Position numbers and translations under genes: made by a program
Shown: one piece after another, positions 55,198 to 63,767 of the stretch
Position numbering within the stretch: the first letter of the stretch is position 1
Layout: every line of letters begins with the position of its first letter
Source: a virus
Direction: 5' to 3' (one strand)
DNA length: 64,000 nucleotides
Virus record (IMG/VR): IMGVR_UViG_3300044712_001906
Coordinates: 13,883-77,882 of that record
The notes under the pieces: generated by a model
Databases searched by the model: none
The model's input: only the letters and a program-made list of their open reading frames with translations
Told to the model about the DNA's origin: nothing

Positions 55198-55452
55198 CTA
55201 CGGGCGCGCTCCGCCAGAGCCCTCGCGGAATCCGTCGAGCCATGCGGCGAGGATGCGCAGGCGCTCCGGGGTCGAGCGTCCGGACCCGAGGTCCCACCGC
55301 ACCGCGTCCGCGCCGAAGCGCCGCCAGTAGCGGCGGTCGATGGCATCGATGACGCCTCCGCGCGCCTCGGCGTTGTCGCGCGCCGTCCTTCCGTCGACTC
55401 GCCCGCATGCGCGCGCTTCGGCGATGCGCTGGTCGCCTCCGAGGAAGCTCAT
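55198..55452 (-). CDS. Hypothetical protein
   Basis: ATGA-coupled to the upstream ORF. Confidence 0.5.
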   Translation of the reverse strand: MSFLGGDQRIAEARACGRVDGRTARDNAEARGGVIDAIDRRYWRRFGADAVRWDLGSGRSTPERLRILAAWLDGFREGSGGARP

Positions 55453-55829
55453 GCCTCACCCCCCTGCCCGCGATGGAACTCCTCGGCGAACGCCTGCTCC
55501 GCTGCGTGCCTGGCCACCTCGAACGTCTCGGCCACGCCTCCGTACCCGAAGTCGCTCAGCCTGCGCTGGCATGACCATCCCCAGGCCGCATGCGTTCGGA
55601 ACGCCTGCAGGACGAACCCGGCGACCTCGCGCTCGTACATCTCCACGCGTCCCCAACCGAAGGGCAGTGCGGCGGCCGCCGTCTCCGGCACCTCGACCTC
55701 GCAGACGTCCAGGTCGCCCTCGCGGTGCCAGGCGCCTCGAAGGCCTCGCTTGTTCTCGTCCTCGACCTCGACGAGCGACGGGTGCGGACCATCGCCAGCG
55801 GTGCCCTGCATCAGGATGCGGACCTTCAT
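55449..55829 (-). CDS. Hypothetical protein
   Basis: GAGGTG SD after the terminase stop. Confidence 0.55.
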   Translation of the reverse strand: MKVRILMQGTAGDGPHPSLVEVEDENKRGLRGAWHREGDLDVCEVEVPETAAAALPFGWGRVEMYEREVAGFVLQAFRTHAAWGWSCQRRLSDFGYGGVAETFEVARHAAEQAFAEEFHRGQGGEA

Positions 55830-55839
55830 CACAGCCACC

Positions 55840-57588
55840 TCACCAGTTGAAGTACGTCCCGTCGCCCTTGTCCTCGCCCACCTGCGCGCGCTCGAGGCCA
55901 TCCCAGAGCGACTTGGCCTGCAGCTTCCTCGCCTCGTCCTCGGTCATGCTCTGCACCTTCGGCCGCTCCGTCGGGATGGGCAGCGGCCCCGTCTGCCCGG
56001 CAAGCTCGCGCATGACCGCCGCCTCCTCGTCCTCGCTCATCGCCGTCCGCACGTCGTAGGTGAAGAAGCGGCGCACGCCCTCGCGCATGAACCAGCTGGC
56101 CATCGTCCGGTCGCCGGTGTGGGCCGCCGGGTCGTAGGCGAGGAGCTCTCCGATCCACGCCTGGAGCTCGTCCTCGCACTCGAGGAGCCCCGAGGAGCCA
56201 ACGAACGACGGGAGCACCCACTCGCCCATGCTCAGCTCGGCTGCGATGCCCTCGATGCCGTAGTCCGGATGCCACTTGGTCGCGGTCGTCGTGAAGGGCT
56301 CGACGCGGATGTCGGGCCTGGCAAGGTGCAGGTCCTGCACGATGTAGATCTGGGCGGCCGCGTCCTCGACGAGGAACTGGCAGCCGTAGCGCTCGTGCAG
56401 CGTCGCCACCATGCCCTTGATCTCGGGCGAGGTCATGCGCGCCGCGTGGATCCAGAGCGGGCGGATGAGCAGCTCGTTGTGGTCTACGCGTCCGGCGAGC
56501 CCGAAGGCCTCCGCAGGCCCGGCCATCGCGACGAAGAACACCGTGCGGTCGGACTGCTTGTGCTTCCGGCTGGCGAGGTCGACGCCGCAGACCGTGAAGC
56601 ACCCGGGCGGCATCCTGTCGAGCGCGCGAACGAGCGTCAGGCCCTTGCCGAGCTCCTTGCAGCGCTCGATCCACGCCGCGTTGAAGCGCCGCTCCCCGGG
56701 AGCCCGGGCGATGCAGTGGACCTTGCGCGCAACCGTCGCAGGCGGGTGCGCATCGATTCGCTCCTGGGGCCACACCTTCGGCCAGCGCGTCAGGCCGTTG
56801 GGGTGCGCAGGTGTCGCCGTCTCTGGCAGGGCGATGGGCGTCTTGCAGAGGTGCCAGCCGTGCTCTCTGGCGAGCTTGTGCCCGGCGTCGTACTCCTCCC
56901 AGGCGTTGCAGACGAAGACGATCTTGCCGTCGGAGCCCGATCCATCGCCGCGCCGCTTCATCATGCGGTCGTCGAGCTGGTTCAGGAGCCAGAACACGAC
57001 CTTGTCCGACCGCGCCTCAGTCCGCGTGTTCTCGGCGTCGATCATGTCGTCGCAGGGCGCGAAGCTCAGGCGCGACCCGAGGATGGACCCCTCCGCGCCG
57101 CAGGTCTGCGCGCTCGGGTCCTTGGCGTAGTCCATCGTCCCGGCGCCGTCGCGCGCGACCGTGAAGCGGTCGGTTGACCAGAGCGGCCCAGGCCGAACGC
57201 CCGGGAAGACCTGCGCGAAGTGCTTGCTCTGCGCGATGTAGCGCATGGCGATGCTCGAGAACTTGGCCGCGTTCGGCTGCGTCTTCGACGCGAAGCAACC
57301 CCGGAAGTGCTTCGGGTCGCGCCCGAGGAGCCAGAGGAACCAGCCGATCGTGAGCTGCTGGGACTTGCCGCTCTCGGGGCTCGTCATGATGACGACACGG
57401 TCGTGCGCGAGCAGAGCCTCGTGCCACTCCTCCTGGAAGGGCGCCACGTCGATGCACTTCCCCGTCGTCTCGTCGCGGAGCACGAGCTCGCAGAACACGA
57501 CGGGGTCCTCGCGGGCGAGGACGTTGCAGCTCGGCAGCGCAGCCCAGGCAGCTTGACGGATGAGGCTCTGCTCGTGCGGGCTCGTCAT
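55840..57588 (-). CDS. terL: Terminase large subunit
   Basis: SPESGKS (Walker A), CDDMID (Walker B region), CGVDLAS (nuclease Asp), HTGDRTMASWF. Confidence 0.9.
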   Translation of the reverse strand: MTSPHEQSLIRQAAWAALPSCNVLAREDPVVFCELVLRDETTGKCIDVAPFQEEWHEALLAHDRVVIMTSPESGKSQQLTIGWFLWLLGRDPKHFRGCFASKTQPNAAKFSSIAMRYIAQSKHFAQVFPGVRPGPLWSTDRFTVARDGAGTMDYAKDPSAQTCGAEGSILGSRLSFAPCDDMIDAENTRTEARSDKVVFWLLNQLDDRMMKRRGDGSGSDGKIVFVCNAWEEYDAGHKLAREHGWHLCKTPIALPETATPAHPNGLTRWPKVWPQERIDAHPPATVARKVHCIARAPGERRFNAAWIERCKELGKGLTLVRALDRMPPGCFTVCGVDLASRKHKQSDRTVFFVAMAGPAEAFGLAGRVDHNELLIRPLWIHAARMTSPEIKGMVATLHERYGCQFLVEDAAAQIYIVQDLHLARPDIRVEPFTTTATKWHPDYGIEGIAAELSMGEWVLPSFVGSSGLLECEDELQAWIGELLAYDPAAHTGDRTMASWFMREGVRRFFTYDVRTAMSEDEEAAVMRELAGQTGPLPIPTERPKVQSMTEDEARKLQAKSLWDGLERAQVGEDKGDGTYFNW

Positions 57589-57597
57589 GCGCGGCCC

Positions 57598-58056
57598 CTA
57601 GAACGGGATGTCGTCGTCGACGAGCGGAGGCGCATCGTTCGGCGGAGGTGCGCCGGCGTCGCCTCGCGGGCGATCGTAGCCCTCGGGGACGGCGGTTCGG
57701 GGAGCGCCGCTCCGGCCGTGGTCGTCTCCATCGTCCGAGGAGCTCCCGCCGGACAGGAAGAGGACGCGCTCGGCAACGACCGTCGTCGTCCAGCGCTCGA
57801 TGCCCTCCTTGTCGGTCCACTTGCGCGTCTGGAGTCGACCGCGCACGTGGATGAGCTTGCCCTTGGAGCAGTACCGCTCGACGAGCTCGGCGGTCTTGCC
57901 CCAGCACGTGACCTTGTGCCACTCCGTCTGCTTCTCGCCCGACTTCGCCTTGAAGTCGGTGGCGATGGAGAGGCTGCAGACGCGGCCCCCGTCGTCGGTG
58001 TTGCGGCCTTCGGGATCCTTGCCCAGGCGGCCGATGAGGTTGACCTCGTTCAGCAT
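57598..58056 (-). CDS. ssb: Single-stranded DNA-binding protein
   Basis: NEVNLIGRLGKDPE, TEWH, GRLQTRKW, C-terminal DDDIPF. Confidence 0.97.
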   Translation of the reverse strand: MLNEVNLIGRLGKDPEGRNTDDGGRVCSLSIATDFKAKSGEKQTEWHKVTCWGKTAELVERYCSKGKLIHVRGRLQTRKWTDKEGIERWTTTVVAERVLFLSGGSSSDDGDDHGRSGAPRTAVPEGYDRPRGDAGAPPPNDAPPLVDDDIPF

Positions 58057-59081
58057 GACTCACCTCCCTTCTTCTTCCGGAGCAGATAGCCCTCACCGTG
58101 ACGCTTGAGGATCACGCGCCCCAAGCGCTCGTGCCACCGCTCCCGCAGCGGCTTGACCACGAAGCCCTCGCGGACGTGCTTGGCGCCGTTCATGGTCGCG
58201 AGGAAACTGTCGCCCTCCGCGAACGTCGCCGGGTCGACGTCGCCCCAGCGTCCGCGATGGAGCTCGGGCACCCACGCGACACCGACGTCGCCCGCTGCCT
58301 CGCGAGCGTCCTCGTGGTCGAGGTATCGGCCGTTGCGCACGTCGAAGACGTCGAAGCACCGGAACGCACAGCCCTTCGTGATGCCGTACTTCAGGTCCTG
58401 CACCTGGCCGAAGACCTCGCCGAAGAACACCAGGCCAGGCAGCCGCGCGAGCTTCTCCGCGAGACCCTCGACCTCCGCGGCCATCCACCACAGGTTCGCC
58501 GGGTCGTAGCGCTTGATCTGCGTGCGCGAGCCCACCCAGAGACGCTCGCCATCGTGGCAGAAGCGCGCGTTGGCGCCGTGGATCTTCTCGGTGATGACGA
58601 CCCGATCGTCGGCCTCGAGGACACGAGGCCATCGCCGGAGGCTCTCGAGGTCCGTGTACGTCGGAAACCTCCACCCCTGCGGAGCGGCTTCGCACTCGCC
58701 TCCGGTGGAGAGCCCGCCGCGCTCCTCGGCGTCGTCGGCCTTGGTGATGCCGAGGAACTCGGCGACGTCGTCGCCCTCGTGGAAGCCCCAAGGTGCCGGG
58801 ACGAGCAGACCTTGCGAGAAGATGCCGCGCAAGCGCTTCGCCTGAACGAGGCGCCGCGACGTCGGCGCTGACCCGACGGGCCGCCCGTGAAGGAAGGCCC
58901 AGGCCTCGGTGTCCGGCACGACGGCGTCCACCGGCACGTAGACCGCGAGGTCGCCCTCGCGGAAGGCGCCGCGCTTCGTGATGACGGGGTAGTCGAAGAC
59001 CTTCGTGAGGTCGAGGGTGTCGGCGTCCGGGTGCGGGGTGAGCGCCCCGACGCGCACGACGTTGACATGGAAGTCGGTCAT
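58050..59081 (-). CDS. ATP-dependent RNA ligase (DRB0094/Rnl2-like family)
   Basis: HPDADTL N-terminal OB-like region, RLRGIFSQGL, TEKIHGAN (motif I), FGEVFG, EGFVVK, LK....YL. Confidence 0.9.
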   Translation of the reverse strand: MTDFHVNVVRVGALTPHPDADTLDLTKVFDYPVITKRGAFREGDLAVYVPVDAVVPDTEAWAFLHGRPVGSAPTSRRLVQAKRLRGIFSQGLLVPAPWGFHEGDDVAEFLGITKADDAEERGGLSTGGECEAAPQGWRFPTYTDLESLRRWPRVLEADDRVVITEKIHGANARFCHDGERLWVGSRTQIKRYDPANLWWMAAEVEGLAEKLARLPGLVFFGEVFGQVQDLKYGITKGCAFRCFDVFDVRNGRYLDHEDAREAAGDVGVAWVPELHRGRWGDVDPATFAEGDSFLATMNGAKHVREGFVVKPLRERWHERLGRVILKRHGEGYLLRKKKGGESC

Positions 59082-59662
59082 GCGGTCCTCCCTGTCGGCA
59101 CGACGAACGTCGGCGGTCCATCAGGCTTGCGCCCGGTTCCTTTCGTCTCACGCGCGAACGATGCCGCTCGCTCCATGGCTGCCTCCGAGAAGCCCGCGAT
59201 GTGCATGGGCGCCCGCTTCTCGAACCACCGCCGCATCCACGCCTTCGGCCACGGCCAGGCGTACCGGCGCCAGAGCTTCTCCGCGAGCTCCGCAGGCGTC
59301 GCGCCCGCGCTGAGCTGCACGAGGTAGGCCTCGCGCTCCCAGCGCCAGCGGAACCACGCGAGGAGGACCGGGACCGGGAAGAACAGGTAGGAGAGCTGCC
59401 ACAGCACCGGCCAGCGCCTCGCCTGCCGGACGTGCACGGACTCGTGCTCGAGGACGAGCCCATCCGCCGGCGAGCGCCCGACCCAGAAGCTGTCGCGCGT
59501 CGTCGGGAAGTAGATGCGCCAGGGGCTAATGGTCGTCCAGGCGTGCTCCATGAACCAGGCCCCGAGGAAGAGGCCGATGAGCCTCATGAGCCAGGACTGG
59601 TCCTTGCGGACGAGGGCGACCCGTCGGCCGTCGACTTCGATGTACCAGGCGGGGTCGCTCAT
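59078..59662 (-). CDS. HExxH zincin-like protein
   Basis: HESVHVRQ plus downstream WEREAY; hydrophobic segments. Confidence 0.65.
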   Translation of the reverse strand: MSDPAWYIEVDGRRVALVRKDQSWLMRLIGLFLGAWFMEHAWTTISPWRIYFPTTRDSFWVGRSPADGLVLEHESVHVRQARRWPVLWQLSYLFFPVPVLLAWFRWRWEREAYLVQLSAGATPAELAEKLWRRYAWPWPKAWMRRWFEKRAPMHIAGFSEAAMERAASFARETKGTGRKPDGPPTFVVPTGRTA

Positions 59663-59874
59663 ACGCCTTCGCCTCCGATGCCGAGGACGTTGAGCCGGGT
59701 GATCTCCTCGGCCATCGCGATGACTGCGGGCTCGCAGATGTAGCTGGGGCGTACGCCTATCACGCGGCACCGCTTGCCGTCGTAGCTGGGGCATTCGCCG
59801 GTCTGGAGGCACATTGGGATGCCGTCCTTGGACCATTCTGGCTGCGCGTTGGGATCGAGCTTGGAGAGCTTCAC
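59659..59874 (-). CDS. Small Cys-rich protein
   Basis: GTGA coupling; C...CPSYDGKRC...C. Confidence 0.55.
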   Translation of the reverse strand: MKLSKLDPNAQPEWSKDGIPMCLQTGECPSYDGKRCRVIGVRPSYICEPAVIAMAEEITRLNVLGIGGEGV

Positions 59875-60233
59875 GGCTCGCACCTCCGCCACGTCGGCGT
59901 GCTCTTCCCCTTGCTCGTGTCCCGGCACGGCTCGGCGAGGCCGGCCTTGCGCAGGAGACGGAGGATGCAGTCGACGGCGCGCACGAAGCGATGGGTGATG
60001 CCCGTAGCCGTCACGGACTGAGACCCGAACACCGCGGAGCACGCGCGCCAGGTCGACCCGGCCGTGCCGTCGAGGTACGAATGGAACGCGGCCACCTGCT
60101 CGCGCTCAATGACCACGCCTCCCTCGCCGGTGTAGCGATCGGCGCCGGACAGCCACGGCCCCGGACCGATCGCGCCCCATCCCGTCTCCGCCCTGACCTG
60201 CCTCTTTGGCTTCGCGTCGCTCCAGCGCTTCAT
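59871..60233 (-). CDS. Hypothetical protein
   Basis: ATGA coupling to the GroES stop. Confidence 0.55.
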   Translation of the reverse strand: MKRWSDAKPKRQVRAETGWGAIGPGPWLSGADRYTGEGGVVIEREQVAAFHSYLDGTAGSTWRACSAVFGSQSVTATGITHRFVRAVDCILRLLRKAGLAEPCRDTSKGKSTPTWRRCEP

Positions 60234-60589
60234 GCCGCGTCCTCCTGCGTCGTCTCGTCCACCTCCACCGGCCCACCGGCGAAGACCTTGCGCTCGCAGG
60301 TCCCGACCACGGCGAGGATCTCCGCGTACTTCACGAGCCGCTCGTCCTCGTCGTCGGCGATGCGCGTCCCGGCGCGCCACTCGGTCAGCACGACGTCGCC
60401 GATCCCGACCTCCATCGGGATGACCCTGCCCGCGCTGGTCACGCGCCCCGGGCCGACGGCCTCGACGCGGCAGTGCGACCACCGCTCGAGCCCGCGACTC
60501 GTCTCCGGGATGAGGATCCCGCCCTTTGTCTGGCTCTCTCCCGGGAGCACGCGCACGAGCACGTCATCGCGTAGCGGCTGCAGCTTCAT
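60230..60589 (-). CDS. groES: Co-chaperonin GroES (Cpn10)
   Basis: MKLQPLRDDVLV, TKGGILIP, AVGPG, GDVVL, EILAVV. Confidence 0.92.
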   Translation of the reverse strand: MKLQPLRDDVLVRVLPGESQTKGGILIPETSRGLERWSHCRVEAVGPGRVTSAGRVIPMEVGIGDVVLTEWRAGTRIADDEDERLVKYAEILAVVGTCERKVFAGGPVEVDETTQEDAA

Positions 60590-60855
60590 CGGGCACCTCC
60601 GCCGAGGCCGGCCATCGTGGCGAGGCGCTTCATCGCCTCGTGGAACGTCCGGTTCCAGGCGTCCGTGCGCTCCTCGGCCATGCCGTCGCGCACCTTGCCG
60701 TGCTCGTTGTTGGCCTCGTCGGCCGCGGCCTTGATCAGCGCGTTCCGCTGGTCCACGTACCGGCAGTCGTGCCAGGCCCCGTCCGTGTGCTCGCATCGCT
60801 TGTGCATCGCGCCCAACGTCCACCCCCTCAGCCGCCCAATGGCGGCATCCGTCAC
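60586..60855 (-). CDS. Hypothetical protein
   Basis: Coupled on both sides. Confidence 0.55.
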   Translation of the reverse strand: MTDAAIGRLRGWTLGAMHKRCEHTDGAWHDCRYVDQRNALIKAAADEANNEHGKVRDGMAEERTDAWNRTFHEAMKRLATMAGLGGGAR

Positions 60856-61586
60856 GCGTCGTCCTGTCCGGACTGCCCGGGCAGGTCGATCACCACTCCT
60901 CGGTTGCGGAGCCGCACCGTCGCGCGGTGCCCGATCTCGAGGATCCTGACCGCGTCCTCGAGCTCCATCTCCTCGGCTGCAGGCATCCCCGCGGTTGCCC
61001 TCGGGTCGCCGAAGTAGAGGCGCTCGAGCTCCATGAGCTTGCTCGTCGTGTCGACTGCGATGGCTTGCGCCTTGACGAGCTTCTCCGCCGTCCTGGCGGC
61101 GCTCTCCGCGTCAACGCCGAACTCGCTTCCCAGCGCCCTCTCAAGCGCGCCCGGGATCGCCCCGACGAGCTTCGCCACCGTCTCGGAGACGTCTTCCAGC
61201 GCTCGGAGCTGCCGCAGGTTTCCCGTCATCGCCACGCGCAGCGCAGCGCCCTCGTGAGCGCGGGTCTCGATGGCGTCCAGGCGCGCAGCGTCGCTCAGAG
61301 CCACAGGCAGGGCCGGAGGCGCAGCGGCGGGCGCAAGCTTCGGCCTCGGGGCGGGCTTGCCCGCGGCCTCGGCCTCCTGACGCTTCGCCCGGGCCGCGGG
61401 CTGCTCCTGTTCGACCACTTCGCGGATGGGGGGCGCCCAGTCGACGCCCTTCCAGCCGTGGTGCCAGAGCTTGTGCGCCATTCCGACGGAGCACCCGGCC
61501 CGCTCGGCGGCGTGACGTGCATTGCCTGGGCGTTCACGGAACGCCTCGGCACAGCGATCGTAGGCCTCGCGGTCACGGACGGCCAT
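60852..61586 (-). CDS. HTH protein, possible terminase small subunit
   Basis: N-terminal HTH (NARHAAERAGCSVGMAHKLW) then helical oligomerisation-like segments. Confidence 0.5.
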   Translation of the reverse strand: MAVRDREAYDRCAEAFRERPGNARHAAERAGCSVGMAHKLWHHGWKGVDWAPPIREVVEQEQPAARAKRQEAEAAGKPAPRPKLAPAAAPPALPVALSDAARLDAIETRAHEGAALRVAMTGNLRQLRALEDVSETVAKLVGAIPGALERALGSEFGVDAESAARTAEKLVKAQAIAVDTTSKLMELERLYFGDPRATAGMPAAEEMELEDAVRILEIGHRATVRLRNRGVVIDLPGQSGQDDA

Positions 61587-62109
61587 CGTCGCCCCGGTCG
61601 CCGTCGTTCACGTTCACGTTCACGCTCACGTTCACGATTCGCGAACCCCGAACGCGCCCCTCCACCCCCTCGGCCCAAACGAGCATCCGCGCCCGGTACG
61701 CGTCTTCGATGTACTTCACGGCGACGCGGCTCATGTTCAGCAGCGCGCCCACCTCGTCGAGCGAGAGCCCCTCGGGGTGCTCGTCGACGACGTCGAGTGC
61801 GCAGGTGGCCATCCCGGACTCCACGAGCTCTTCGGCCTGGTCCTCGAGGGCGTCGAAGAACGGGTTGTGCCCGCCGGTGCGGAGCTGGAGCTCGCCGCGT
61901 TCCGTGATGTCGACGGCCAGGTGGAAGCGACACCCGACCCACGGGCATGGCCTGACAGGCCGGCCCTCGTCGTCCTGCGGGCACTGCCCACGCGTGCGAG
62001 GCGCCTCGGGGTCGCGCGGCCGCTGCGGACCGTACGGCCTCCTGGCATCGTTGCCAGGACCCTGGCGCTTCGCGCGCCAGCGCAGCTTGCCTCGCGCTAC
62101 GTCAGGCAT
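61573..62109 (-). CDS. Zn-finger plus sigma-70 region-4-like transcription regulator
   Basis: RPCPWVGCRFHL, TCALDV, GLSLDEVGALLNMSRVAVKYIE. Confidence 0.75.
   Translation of the reverse strand: MPDVARGKLRWRAKRQGPGNDARRPYGPQRPRDPEAPRTRGQCPQDDEGRPVRPCPWVGCRFHLAVDITERGELQLRTGGHNPFFDALEDQAEELVESGMATCALDVVDEHPEGLSLDEVGALLNMSRVAVKYIEDAYRARMLVWAEGVEGRVRGSRIVNVSVNVNVNDGDRGDDGRP
61605..61636. repeat. (CGTTCA)5 hexanucleotide tandem repeat
   Basis: cgttca x3, cgctca, cgttca; encodes VNVSVNVNVN at the regulator C-terminus. Confidence 0.9.
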
Positions 62110-62929
62110 CGACGCCTCGCCCCAACGCGTCGAGACCGCGGTCGACGACCAGCCTCAGCGCCTCTGCCACGCTGGCCGCTCGGTCCGGCACGAGCGATTG
62201 CAGCCGCTCGACGAGGTCATCGGGCACGAGGAGCTTCACGGGCGCCGCCGGCGCGTCCTGGTGCATCGCCTCGCGGATGGCGGCGCGCAGGGTCGTTTTC
62301 GCGCCTCCGGACGCCTGCAGGATCCTGGTCTGCTCCTGACTGCAGAGCTCGCGAGCCGCGGCGGCTGCCACGGACACGGCCAGCCGGCCGTCCTGGACGG
62401 CGGCCACGAGCTCGGGGACGCCGCACTCGACGACCACCTTGGCATAGCCGACCGAGCGCGAGGACACGTTGACGGTCTTGGCGGCCTCGTCACGCGCCCT
62501 GGCCGTAGGAGGACGCGGCTCCTCCGGTGTGGGCAAACTTGCCCGAACCGGACCGCGATGCTGCGTCGCAGCCTGCCGCTTCTTCGCCTCGCACGCGTAG
62601 ATCTCCTCGATTCTGGCCGCCGCGAGTGCGCGCTGCGACTCGGTCAGGTGGCGTCGATGGAGGTTCGTCGAGACGACATAGGCCACGGGGTCCGGCCCGG
62701 TGTACTTCCTCCACCGCGGCTCGAACCGACCCTGTCCCCCGAGCTGCAGGCACGCACGGAGGCGGTTGCGGCCGTCCAGAACGAGGGTCTCGCCGTCGAC
62801 GTCGACGGCGATGCACGGCTCGGTCAGGCCGTGCTTCTCGATGTCGGCGACGAGGAGCGCGAACGTCCCGTCGTCCATCAGCGGGAAGATGTCGGCCGCC
62901 GGGTGGGTCGTGTAGTTCCCGATCTTCAA
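62102..62929 (-). CDS. ParB/Srx-domain protein with HTH
   Basis: HPAADIFPLM, DIEKHGL.EP, LDGRNRLRAC, NLHRRHLTESQRA; TTG at 62929 coupled to the MT-A70 stop. Confidence 0.88.
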   Translation of the reverse strand: MKIGNYTTHPAADIFPLMDDGTFALLVADIEKHGLTEPCIAVDVDGETLVLDGRNRLRACLQLGGQGRFEPRWRKYTGPDPVAYVVSTNLHRRHLTESQRALAAARIEEIYACEAKKRQAATQHRGPVRASLPTPEEPRPPTARARDEAAKTVNVSSRSVGYAKVVVECGVPELVAAVQDGRLAVSVAAAAARELCSQEQTRILQASGGAKTTLRAAIREAMHQDAPAAPVKLLVPDDLVERLQSLVPDRAASVAEALRLVVDRGLDALGRGVDA

Positions 62930-63591
62930 GCGCTCACCTCCGCTCGTCGCCAGTGCGCCAGTTCGAGGGTCACGTCGCTCTGCACCTCGTTGCCCCACAC
63001 GTGCCACCCGTCGTGCCGCTCGCGCGCGAAGAGCTCGATGCGAGGCCGGTCGCCGCAGAGCTTCACGAGGCGCCTGCGCACCTCCGCGGGCTTCGCCGAG
63101 TGCCTCCCTGGGGCCTCGAGCACGACCTGCCGAACGCCGGCGTTGAGTCGCTTGGGACTGCCGCGCACGCCGAGCAGGCAGAACTCGGCGTTGGCCCGAG
63201 TCCAGTGACCCATGCCCATGCGGGTGACGTCGTCCGGGATGGGACCTTCGTGGCGCCCGGCGAGCAGCGCCTCTCCGTCGAGCGTCAGCTTGACCCAGAC
63301 GAAGCCGAGCGTGAGGTAGGTGAAGCCCCACGACTCGATGACCTCGAAGGCCTCGCGGAAGATGGGAGGCACCGCCCACATGCAGAGCACCGCGTCCTCG
63401 GCAGCGAGCTCGGCGACGGGGAGCTTCCGAAGCGCCGCCAGGTCCATGGTCGGGTACTTGTGCGCGGCCCCACGCTCCCCAGCGTCGCAGGTGTCGCGGT
63501 AGCGCCACGGCGGGTCGGCGTAGATGAGCGAGTACGGTCCTGCCTGGCGCGGTCCGTGGCCCCCGAGCAGGAGCTGCGTCCCGGCGTTCAC
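62926..63591 (-). CDS. MT-A70 family N6-adenine methyltransferase
   Basis: IYADPPW, YPTM, WGF.Y, GMGHWTRANAE, HSAKP, IELFAR, WGNE. Confidence 0.95.
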   Translation of the reverse strand: MNAGTQLLLGGHGPRQAGPYSLIYADPPWRYRDTCDAGERGAAHKYPTMDLAALRKLPVAELAAEDAVLCMWAVPPIFREAFEVIESWGFTYLTLGFVWVKLTLDGEALLAGRHEGPIPDDVTRMGMGHWTRANAEFCLLGVRGSPKRLNAGVRQVVLEAPGRHSAKPAEVRRRLVKLCGDRPRIELFARERHDGWHVWGNEVQSDVTLELAHWRRAEVSA

Positions 63592-63767
63592 TGGTCACCA
63601 TCCGGCGAGGCCGTGGCACGCACGCGCTCGTGCTGCAGTCGCTGGACACGCCCTTCGAGCTCGTCGATGGCCTCGAGGCACCGGACACCGAGCTCCCAGT
63701 GCACCGGCCGCTTGCGCTCGGCGCACTCCTCGATCCGCGACCGGTCCTCGACGCTCAGGCCTGGCAT
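63588..63767 (-). CDS. Small hypothetical protein
   Basis: ATG at 63767 after GAGGAGG; GTGA coupling to MT-A70. Confidence 0.55.
   Translation of the reverse strand: MPGLSVEDRSRIEECAERKRPVHWELGVRCLEAIDELEGRVQRLQHERVRATASPDGDQ

Noticed and set aside
23081-57177. Very long + strand ORFs (23081..25870, 29919..32378, 34565..37990, 54577..57177)
   Set aside because: They are antisense shadows of well-supported minus-strand genes; high GC3 suppresses stop codons, and no motifs are recognisable.
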